64,000 nucleotides of DNA from Candidatus Omnitrophota bacterium (GTDB lineage: Bacteria; Omnitrophota; Gorgyraeia; Gorgyraeales; Gorgyraeaceae): NCBI GenBank assembly GCA_043814965.1, contig JBDRJN010000006.1, positions 7,838 through 71,837 on the forward strand, in the 5' to 3' direction. A program made the position numbers and the translations under genes. Positions 27,001 through 39,000 of the stretch are shown piece after piece. The notes beneath the pieces were generated by a model, which was not told where the DNA came from, did no database searches, and saw only the letters and a program-made list of their open reading frames with translations. Every line of letters begins with the position of its first letter. Position 1 is the first letter of the stretch.

Positions 27001-30000
27001 TAAACAATATAATCAATTGGGGTATGAGGACAGCTGATAAGAGATTGGGGAATTTTGTTATAAATGTAGGTATTAACCTTACCTGGTCTGTTGCTGCACT
27101 TACTTGGGCAGGCGCTTTGATAATAAAGGATTCTATCGTATCTTTATGGGAGGCATATAAAGGGATCGTCGGAGCAATCTTCTTTACTTATCCAAAGCGC
27201 GTTAAGGAGTCTGTGGTTGGGTTAAAACTGGTGGCTATTGATGCTGCAAATAATGCCCGCGCTTTAAGATATTCTTCTAAAGTAACAAAGATAGCCGCAA
27301 GTATCGTAGCATTACTTATACCAGATACTTTAACAGCAGGAATCGGAGATGTTGTATCATCAAGCCCTATAGAGGCTGTTTTGGGTGTATTGGGGCTGGG
27401 CGCTATCGCAGCAGGCATTACTTATATGAAGAATAAGTTTAATGGAGAAAGTGAAAAGGAAAGCCCTAGCATTTTAATGGAAGACGAGTCTTCCGGAATT
27501 ACAATAGAACTTGATAATAATATCTCAAAAGATGGTATAAAGGACCTGCAAAGATTAGCTCTTAGTATATCAGATGATTTTGATGAAGAGACATTTAAGG
27601 AGAATGGCGGTTATGTATTTGGCAGAGTAGAAAAAGACGGTCAATATGTTGTAACGGACCTCGTGCCATTTAAGGAATTTGAAGCAACAGATATAAGAGT
27701 AGACCCCACAGATAGCGATATTAAACAAGCCTTACTGGATAATGCAAGTGATGGTGTAAAGCTATTAGGTACTTATCATAATCATTGGATAAATAGGCAA
27801 CTTAGCAATCAAAGACCCGGGGCTTCTCCAGATGATTTTAAGAGCAATATTCTCGAGAGAGCAAAAGATCCTAATATAGGCGGAGAACATCTAGTAGCTG
27901 TAGAGGAGATAAATTTTGTATTAGAACCTGAGTTTGAAACTGAGCCTACGATCGAAGACCTCATGCAGGGCAATATTAAAGTAAGAGTAGATGAAGTCAA
28001 AATATATCCTTATAAGGTTAAGGACGGCAATTGGATCAGCTTAGATCCAGTTGAGTTCCAGAACAGCATCTTTAAAGTAGACGACTTAGAGCGCAATAAG
28101 GAGACTCAAACATTCACTGAGATCGCTCCCAGGGGAAGCCCTGAGATAGTCGTAGCAAGCGTAACGGAGGATATTCAAAGAAAAACCCAAAGGGTTTTTC
28201 TTTGGCCACTTCTGAAAACGTTTACAAAAAGGCTGACTCTTACAAAAACACTTCTATATATACTATTACCTCTCAATATATTCCTGGAAGTATATTCGCA
28301 GGACTTAAAAGACCATAATAATATCGCATCAAAACAGGACATAGAAGTAGTAAAAGAGGACTCTAAGAGCGATGTTGCCAGAAAGATCAATAAGGCTGTA
28401 GAAGGCCTATTATCTCTGAGAGACCCGATCACTAATCTGCCGCCAAGCCATTATGGGCATAAGGGCTTGGAGAAGACATATTATCTCTATGACCTGGCGC
28501 ACAACGCAATAGAGCTCAAGGTATCAGGAAAACAAAAAGAAGCAGAGATAATGCTTGATTATATTGCAAGGCGCATCGATATGCCGCTTGAAGAAGTCAA
28601 AAAGCATGCTGACAAGAACGGTGTATGGGGCATGATCCAGATATTCAAGCATCCTTTCGGGGAAGACCGTTTTGTAAAAGGCATAATAAATGCTATCAAT
28701 ATAGCGTCACGCGACAAGCAGGGAAAAGGCGAAGAATTCTGGTCAACTCCAGGGCCTATCGCATGGACCATCTTGGCAATGATACAGGTAAATCCTCAAA
28801 AATATACTAATCAGGCAGAACAACTGGCGGATGTATTGATAGCTATGCAGGATGAAGAAGGCGGCATAATAGACGGAACCAGGAACCTGGGGAATATAAA
28901 CACAGAACCTCATATGGATGGATATAGCGGATTCAGGATCATTATAGACGCATATAGGGCATTTGATAACCTATATAAGAAGACAAATGATGATAGATAT
29001 AAGACTGCAAGAGACAAGGCATGGAGCTGGTTTGAGAACGAGGCGCTTGATAAGGAAAGAGCTGTTATATTGCAGGGCCTTACATTGGGAGGAAATCCAA
29101 GTTATGTACATGCTACGGATGTCTATACATGGCCTATAGCGATGGCAACAGATAAATTGGACCCGAAATTGATATTAAAGTTGATAGAGACAGTAGAAAA
29201 AAGAAGCCTTGTTGATATTACTTATAAGAGGTCAGACGGTAAAAAAATAAATGTTATCCTGCCTGATTTTACAGACCCAACTGATGGCATGATAAAAGGC
29301 ATGAGGCATGGTTATCATCCTATGGGTTCTCCCGAATGGGCCGGCGGGTTTATTATTATGTATTATGAAGCAGCCTGTAGGCTTTGGAAAGAAGGATATA
29401 AGGACGAGGCAATAGAGCTTAAGGCAAAAGGCAGGGCAATGCTCAGTTACCTATGGATGACAGGCGTAGAAAAAGATGGTTTGATCACAGGGCCATATGC
29501 TACTTCTAAATGGCTTGAAGTAGGCCATGGCTGGTTTACCCCTACAAGCGATATAAGCACTGCATGGGACTGGACTATACTCCCAGCCCTTGAATATAAT
29601 CCATTTATTCTTGATGGAGGCTCATTAAAAGAAAGGCTTTCGGATATCCCAGATCTGTCATCAGAAAAAGCATCCGAGCTTTTAAGGAACGAGGTAAGAC
29701 ACCCTGCTTATGAAGAAAGCAGTATTAAAGTAGATGCGACTGAGGATGCAAGCTGGATATATCAGCCAGGCTGGTTCATGGAGAATAAGGTATGGCCTGG
29801 TTACAAGAACGGAGAAAGAGGCAATAAAGACGGGTTCAGGCAGGCCATAAGGTTCGGAGAAATAGTGTTGGATAAGTGGCTTTCAGATGCTATAAACGAA
29901 CAAAAGGCAAAGGAAAAAGAAGTAGGAGGGCTTATTGATTATCAATGGGGAAGTATTGATGAGGAAACAGAAGAGGCTGTCTGGAAATACCCTCTTCTCA

Positions 30001-33000
30001 ATGAGGTAGGCGCAGCCTGCTGGGCAATGGCTGCTTCTTATGTACAGTTGGGCGATGAAAAGAGCGCTAAAAAATATATAAAGATACTCATAAAAGATAT
30101 TCCTTATCATCAGATATATGAAGCGAGCGGGCCAGGTTTCTGGAATGCTATCAAATCATGGCACATGATGCCTAATAGTATAGATAGAGAAATGGCCGGG
30201 ATCTATAGAGAAGCCGCAAAAGAAGAAAACATACCTATAAGTATAGTACCTGAAAAAGGCCTTTCCAGCATAAATATAGCTCCTTCAAAGGAAAAGGCTC
30301 AAGGCGCAGGCAGTATAGACAAGATAGAGTCAAAGTCCAGGATAGAAACTATTGCCAATGGTATCAGCGGTTCATGGTCGGGATACGGGTCTAACTCTTC
30401 GTGGGCGGATGGGACATTTGACCTTAAGGATGCAAGGTCCATACGCATAACATTTCCTAAAAACCAGGCAGGCATAAATATATTTGTGAGATTATTAAAA
30501 AATAGGAGCATGGCCCCGAGCGATATAGGCAGAAGTCCAAAGATATACACAATACCTGCCGATGGAGTGGTCGAGATACCTATATCAGATTTTCCTGTCT
30601 CGACAAAAGACCTTGGTAACATAGAGCAGATCTCAGTGCATTCAGGTTCTAATGCCTGGAATAATCCTTTAAAGCAGAGCGAAGGCAGGAAGGCTATGTT
30701 CCAGAAGATAGAGATCATTATAGCTTCAAAAGACAAAGGATATATGCCTATAGAGGGAAAAGATGGTTTTGGCCATGGTTTTCCGATAGAGCTCTTTGGA
30801 TTAGGCCTAAGCGCCTTAGTAGGCATGGTAATCAATAAAAAGAATGACGGAGATACGATATACGAAGATGAAGACATGAAGGTCTCCTCTGAGAGAAGAG
30901 GAAGGCTGTATATCAGCAGTAAATCCAGGAAGATAGACATGGTCTATGATCCTAAGAGGAGTAAAGATAGGCTAAAGATCAGAGGCGCTTACGATGAAAA
31001 CAGCATGGAAGAATTAAGAAAAGATATAACAACTACCATAAAGAAAAAGTCACTTAAACTGCCCTATGGTTTTATGCAGGATATCGGGATAAAGAGTATA
31101 TTGAGCCCGGAAAGAGAACGTCCGTATAAGATAAGGGATAAGTTCAAACAGCTGATAGCATTCTATATGACAGGAAAACTTACAAAGCTAAGTGATGGAT
31201 TTGAGATATATCAAGGTTATTCTATGTTTGTAAGCGGCATAGCATTGCCTCATAGGTTTTCGGACAGTGAGCTGGATTTTCTTATAAAGTCAGTAAACAG
31301 GGGATATGTCTCGGAATATGACCTAAAGAGAAGATTCGGAAATAAAGAAAATTTTAAAGCTATAAAAGAAAAGATGATCTCTTTTACGAATGCGTTATTA
31401 GCTGTAAAGGAACTCAAGAAGAGAATAAAAGGTTCTTATAGTAAAAGCTCTATAGATATGGCTTTTAATGAGCTTTATACAGAGCTTAATAGTGTAAGTG
31501 ATTATAAGATAGACGAACTAGAGAAGAGATGGAAGAGGGTGATGGAAGAGACAGGTATATATGTACCTGAAAGATATAAGGAAAAAGATGATGCCAAAGA
31601 TAAATCTTTTTCAAAGAATAAATTATACTCATCCCTTATAATTCCTTTCCTAATGGTCATCCCGGGACTATCTACAAATGCAAATACCCCTATAGATACA
31701 AAATTACAATACAATCATCATTCCAATACGCAATACGATGTCTACAGAGAATTAGAGATGTTATCTTGGAACCTTTTTGAAGATAAAAATATAGATAGAC
31801 TAATAGAAATAGGCGAACCAGCAATTCCTTATTTACTTAAGGCCTTGCAGAGCGATAAATTATATAGCTCTCAACGTGAGGAGATTATAAAACGCCTTGG
31901 AGAAATAGGCGGTATGGAGTCTATTTCACAGCTGATCAATTTATTAAAGACTAAAGAATACCTTGTGCCTGAGCTTTCCGCAAAAGCTCTTATTAAGATA
32001 GCTGAAAGAAACTCTATAGATATGGCTAATCTTTATGGAGATAAAATAACAAGTCTTATATTAGCTAATTTGGAAAAATGGGATGAGCTAGCTAGCAAGA
32101 TGGGCCCCAGAGCAGTGGCTGGTTTAATGGAATATATTGATTATTATAAGATGTCCGAAAATAGCATAGAAACCTTGTCTAAAATACAGACTCCAGAAGC
32201 GATCTCTTATCTTGTAGACAATCTTTCTAGTGCAGCTAATGACAGAAAGATCATGATAATCAAGACTTTTGATAAAACAAAGGCAAATACTCCTCAGGTA
32301 ATTGAGGCATTAACAAAAGAGTTAAAAAATATAGATCTAAAGGTACGGATAGAGTCAAGTATTGCGCTTTATAATTTAGGAAATAATAGAGGATTACTCA
32401 CTCTGATAAAAGATATAAATAGTAATTTTGAAACTATATCTAATGATACAACTTTGTTGAGAAGGATGCCTTTACCTATTAAAAAACAACTTGCTTCTAG
32501 ATTTGCAAATTCCTTAGGCAAAGGCAAGTTTGATTTTTATCATTCTGGTGCCATCTGGCAGGAGTCATCTAATATTTCAGGTTTAGTTGCGATTGGAGAT
32601 GCAGCTATACCTTATCTAGTACCATTGTTAGATAGTCCTATTGCGCAGAAGAGAAAAAATGCAGTTATGGCATTAAGCAGCATAGGGATAAAAAATAAAG
32701 ATATTGCAGATAAGATAAATTCATTATTATTAAATGACCCTGATTATGAAGTCTGGCTTCAGTCTGGAAAGGCTTTGGTTAAAACTGCACGCATATACTT
32801 ACCGAGTTGGGAAAAAGATTTTTCAATGAATAAATTAATAGGACTTTTTAGTCAAATGGACTATCCGGAGCGTAAGTATGGAAAAGAAAATATCTTACAT
32901 TCTATTATTCAATGTTCAAATTTAGAAGGTCCTATAGGGGTATACGGAGATTTTGATTATCCTGAAGAAGCATCAGCTTTATTACATAAAATCAAAGAAC

Positions 33001-36000
33001 TAGGAGAACCAGCAATAAACTTTTTAATAGACGCTTTACCTGTGTATTTTTATCAAGGTTCTTATAGTGATAATTATTATCCTGCAGAACGATTATTACG
33101 ATTTATATTGCATGGGAATTCTCTGAGATTGTACAAGGCGTTACGCGAACCGCTTTATGAGAATACCCAGAGAGCAATGTCTCTTCGCGTGAAAAGGGAT
33201 CTAATGATAATAGATATACTGAAACAATCAGGAGCTGATGGTTTTTCAGGTTTTAAACTTAATGTTGGTAATTATAATGACCTATTCGATGATAACCCAA
33301 AGATCAGAAATGAAGCATATAAAATCCTTAATAAGGAAGGGTCTGCTAGAGAGTTAGTAAGGATCAGTAGGTTATTTAATAAATTAAGAGACGAAGAGGC
33401 AGCAATAAAGGACCAGGAAATAATAAATAATACAAAGGAAGGAAAACTAAATGCCTGGCGTATACGAGAAGCTATCAATAGGATCGGTAAAAATAACGCA
33501 ATTAGTTATTTAATGACAGGATTCAGTAAAGTTAAGACTATTGAATATGCGAGATCGATCACAGAGTTGGATACTGTTAAAGGAATGAATAGTTTAAGCC
33601 AACTTTTAGACAGTGATAAGTTTAATACTGGTTTTGAAGCCTCGAAGACATTATTAGAAATATCCAAAAAAGATTCTTTAGACCTTACTTCTTTTTTAAG
33701 TAAAGACAGGATGGAGAAGTTAAATACTTATAAACTGGTAAATGGTTATGATTGGTATAAGAAATTAGATAGCCTTGGTCAACCTACGATCTCTAACCTA
33801 AAGAAGATGTTGCAGTTAGATGTAGATACAGAAAACAGAATTAAGATCCTCATTGCTTTAATAAATAGAGGGGACAAGGAATTATTGCCTGACGTATCTG
33901 ATATTATAGAGAACCATGAAAATAGTGATATAAGGTATAGAGCAGCTAATATACTTGGAGATACAAGTAGTTATTGGGCTGAAGATGTTCTTTCGAATAG
34001 TTTAAAAAAAGAGAAAGATGTTAGGGTCAGGAGATCATTAATAGAATCTCTAGGTACGCTGAAATCTAAAAAAGCGTTTAGTTACTTAATAGAGCTAGTC
34101 AAAAAAGAAAATGAAGATATAGATATAAGAAAAGCAGCTATTAAAGCTGTTTCAGATATAGGCTACAAACCCCCTGAATTAGTAGATATCTTAATAAATA
34201 AACTAAGTGATTATTCACTTAAAGAAGATATTTTTGAAGCTATTGGAGCGTTAAAGATTCAAGAGGCAGTCCCGCATTTAATAGATATGATAGAAAAAGA
34301 GATGGATAAGGACAGCCATAATTTTGAATTAATCAATAAAGCGGCAAAGCCATTAGGAGATATAGGGAATAAAGATGCCCTGCCTATATTAATTGACCTA
34401 TTGGATATAGAGAAGAACGGAGTCTTAGAGACAGCAGTTGAGGCAATAGCAAAAATTGGCCCACCGGAAGACATGATAGATGACCTTATAGATCTATTTG
34501 AATTTAGAGAAATGAACGAAGATAAAAAAAGCCCTTACGATCCTTCATCCTATTACAGTACAACATTATGGGGGAATATTAGAAACGCCTTAGTAAAGAT
34601 AGGAAAACCTGCGCTTCCTTCATTGTTAGAGGCTTTTGCAGATGAGGATATACATGAAGAGAGAGGGTATTTTAGTGGGGATAGGGTCAGTGATTATATC
34701 AAACAAGCTGTTTCCGAGATCGAGAATGTTTCTTTAGACACAGATAGGAAGCTGGTTGACTATCTAAAATCAAAATTAAGATCTACTGATTCTGATATAA
34801 GAGATTATGCCTCAGATGTCTTAGAATTGCCTTATTTAGCTAGGATAGTGAGAGAAGATGAATATAATGAGACGCTTGATTCTATGGAGTCAAAGAAGAT
34901 CAGTGATCATGATGGTGCTATTGATGACTTGATCGATATTTTAAAGTTTAAAGAAGGCAGTAATGCGCTTCATGAAAGAGCAGTAAAACTACTTGTTAAA
35001 ATAGGAAAATCCGCAATACCTGAACTATTCGAGCTTCTTACGGATGAAGACGCAGTAGATAGTAGATATGTCAAAGAAGCTTTTTCTAAGATCGAGAACA
35101 TCTCTTTAGAGACTGATGAAGAATTAACCAGCTACTTAGAATCAAAGCTTAGATCCGATAACTCTAAAATCGTAAAAAATGTCTTAAAGGTACTTGATAA
35201 GATCTCACCTGACTCAAAAGTTGCAGCTAAATTCAAAAAAGAACGCACTGATCTATTCCTGAAATGGCTTGGTATCGCAGTTATCGCAGGCGCAGTATTA
35301 ACTGTACTAACTGCTGCATGGAGGGCGTGGCGCCAGGTAATGAAGGAACGCGCTGACAATGATCCTGCAGTAGCCTCTAATACTAAAAAGTCAATATTCA
35401 GCAGGATTTATTCTAAGATCAAGGATAAATTTACATTGTTTACGCTTATAAGTACTTTTTTAGTCATACCTAATCTATCTACAGGCATTTTTGCGCAGAT
35501 GCCGCAAGGGTGGAAACCGATATCTGAATATAATTATGATGAAGAAAGGCGAGTATATAGGAATAGAGCTTACTTAAAGATGCTTAATTATATTTCAGAA
35601 AATGGGATAAAAGAAAAAACCCATGAAGAATTAAGCCGCTTGGTTTATTTAGCAGACTCTTGTGTCTTGGAAAGAGAGAATGAAGAGAATACAAGAAAAT
35701 TAACAAGACATGGAGACCTTGCAGTTGTTGCTTTAGTGGAAGCTGTCAGATATTTACCTCTTCCATGGAGTGAAGATGGAAGGGCGGTATATTGGCAGAA
35801 GCGGTATATAAAAGAGGCTATTAAAAAAATAGGTAGTCGTTCAATACCTGCATTAGTATACGAAGTGAATGATGCTGATACTGCTATATATTTATTTGCG
35901 TTGGGTGTGCTTGGTGAATTAAAAAATGCTGGATCAGCTGTCGAACTTGCAAAATTAATAAATTCAGATAAATTCGAGGATGGAACTATAAAGATGCAGG

Positions 36001-39000
36001 TATGGGACGAACGCATTGGAATGTATATGGATAAGAAAAAGACAAAATTTGAAGTTATTTTAGAAACAATAGTAAAGATAAATAACAAAAATACAGTGCC
36101 GTACTTGTCAAAATTACTTACAGAAACAGTGGAATATGATGATATCTTTGAAGAAACGTATTCTTTTTATTCTATATATTCAGAGGAAAGAGAAAAGGTT
36201 GTATGTGCTATTGGTCAAATAGGAGGGGAGAAAGCTATATCTATTTTGGATAATGTATTAAAAAAGGATAAAGACCCATTAGTACGAATAAAAGCCATAC
36301 AAATGCTGGTAGATATTGGTAAACCTGCTGCTTCAAGCGTAATCAAGGCATTAAAGCATAAAGATAACAAGGTAAAATCTATAGCTATAGAGGCGATTGC
36401 TAAGACAAAAAATATAGAAGCAGTAGATAATTTGATACATATATTAATAGCTGAAGAGGATTGGCATATTAAGGAAATCGCAGGCCAGGCGCTTATTGAT
36501 ATAAGCAAAGAACATTCTTTAGACCTTGTGGAGCATGCTAAGAAAGAAGAAAAAGAATTATTAGATTTATATTTATTTATTATTAAAGGCGAATGGGAGA
36601 ATGTTGTTAAAATTGGCAGGCCAGCAATACCAGTCTTAGCTGAGCTATTAAAGAGCAAAGATACAGGGATATATAAGTCTGATCCTATAACTGTTCTCGG
36701 AGATATAGGCGATCCAAAGGTAACGCCTATCTTGCTTGATTTTATAGGTGAAGACGTGGTAGGGCCTGCAGCTCTTGAAGCTTTTATGAAAATAGGAAAA
36801 TCAGCTATTCCATACCTCATCAATACTTTAGAGAACAGCAAAGATTATTTATTAAAAGGAAAGTCCATTTATATACTTGGGAAATTAGGACATGATAATA
36901 AAGAAGTGATGAATATTTTAATTAACAATCTTAAGGGAGAAAAATATATAAAGCAGACTATAATTGCGCTTGGAGAGGCAAGGCCGCAAGAAGCCCTTTC
37001 TTATTTGATAGATATTGCGGAAGACGAAGATGATGCAAATATTTTAACTTTAACCGCAGAAGCCTTGGGAAAAATAGGAGACAAAAAGGCATTGCCTGCT
37101 TTACTTGAGTTATTGGAAACAGATGATTATAATGTCCTCTCTTATACTATGGATGCTATTGAAAAAATAGGCGTAACTAAAGATGCGATTGATGGATTGA
37201 TAAATGTATTAAAATTTAAAGAAGGAAATTACGGGATTTTTGAACAGGCTGAAAGGCTTCTTATAAAGATAGGGAAACCAGCGCTTCCATATTTGATCCA
37301 GGCAGGAGAAGATAAGGAGATAATAGCACCTAGTTATATTGAAAGAGCTGTAACCAGCATAGAAAATAATCCAGAAGAGATAATTGGCTATCTAGAATCT
37401 CAGCTTAAATCAGATGACAATAAAATGGTAAGAAATACCTTAAAGGCGCTTAAGATAATCTCACCTGACTCTAAAGCCGCGGCTAAATTCAAAAAAGAAC
37501 GCACCAATATATTCCTAAAATGGCTGGGTATAGCAGTTATCGCAGGCGCAATACTTACTGTACTTACTGCTGCATGGAGGGCGTGGCGCCAGGTTATAAA
37601 GGAGAACAAGATCAGCGTATTTATTGGAGGAGCGCTATTAACAGTTTTTTACTATTACTTATCTAATGATATGTCATTACCCATGGTCTCCCAGGCCTTA
37701 TTCTTAGGAGGAATTGTTTTAAAGAAAGATGAGTTCAAAGAATTAGACGCCTTATTAGAGTCAAAAGTGAAAAATAGCATGGTGTCTTTACATAGGAAGA
37801 TAGTCAGTGATTCAAGGAATAAAATACTTGGAGAAGACAAGAGAGAGCTTTATGAATTCAGTCTCAGGGACATAAAGAAATGGGCAGAGTTCTTTAATAA
37901 ATATAAAAGAGACTTAGGAGAGGCGGGAGCATTTATTAAAGGAGCGTATTATATATATTATGACAGGATGGAAAATGATCTTGATAGAGGTAGAGTATCT
38001 GGCCATATAGAAGATACGATATCAGGCTTGTTCCCGGAAGAAGAACTCCAGAAAAAGAGCTTAACGGACCTAGTAGATAATATAGGAAAACAAGATAAAA
38101 ATGTCTCCCAGGTAGAAGATATAAGATTGACATATCTTGAGGAAAAAGACGATACTTACAAGATATTAGACATTGAACTCGATATAAATCATAGAGATGA
38201 AGATAAGACACATGTGCCTGATAGAAAATCTTCAGAGCTTGTGCCTATTTCCCACACCATAGAAGACCTTGAAAAGATAGCCCAGGCAACAGCTCTTAAA
38301 GAGCCGGTTCTGCTTGTAGGAGAGACTGGTGTGGGGAAGACTTCTCTAGTCAGGTATCTTGCATCAGTTACGAATAATAATTTCAGGAGGTTCAATCTCA
38401 ACGGCCAGACTGATAAGACAGAGTTTATAGGAGGTTTTAAACCAAAAAATGAAGAAGGCAATACTGGATTTAAATGGAAAGACGGCATATTGATAGAGGC
38501 GATGAAGAAAGGACATTGGCTGCTTTTGGATGAGATAAATCTTGCTGAGCCTGAGATAGTGGAGCGCATAAGATATTTACTGGATAACAATGGATATCTT
38601 GTCGTAAGCGAACACGACGGAGAAAAATATATAAGCGCGGAAGAATATGACCAAAAGGTAATGGAACTTGTAAAAGGATACGAGGCTCAAGGCATAGAAA
38701 AGGCCAGAGAAGAGTTGATAAAGGACGCTATAGGCGAACTAAAATCAGGGCCTAGTCCTATATTCAGGATCCACCCTAATTTCAGGCTTTTTGCCACAAT
38801 GAACCCTCCCGAATACGAGGGCAGGAAGGATATGTCGCCCGCGCTTATGAACAAATTCAGGGTCAAATGGATAAAAGACCTTACGGAAAACGATATAAGG
38901 ACAATAATCCAGAAAAAATACAGATTCGATAAGGTTATAACTGATTCAATAATGGAGTTCCATAAAGCGCTCAAGAAACTTAACGGAAAAGACGGCTTGC

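Noticed and set aside
35132-37609. Two similar antisense ORFs (35132-35359 and 37400-37609) that might look like a conserved small gene pair
   Set aside because: They are simply the reverse strand of the duplicated TM-helix repeat in the giant gene (35205-35349 / 37461-37606). Their similarity is a mirror of the sense-strand duplication.
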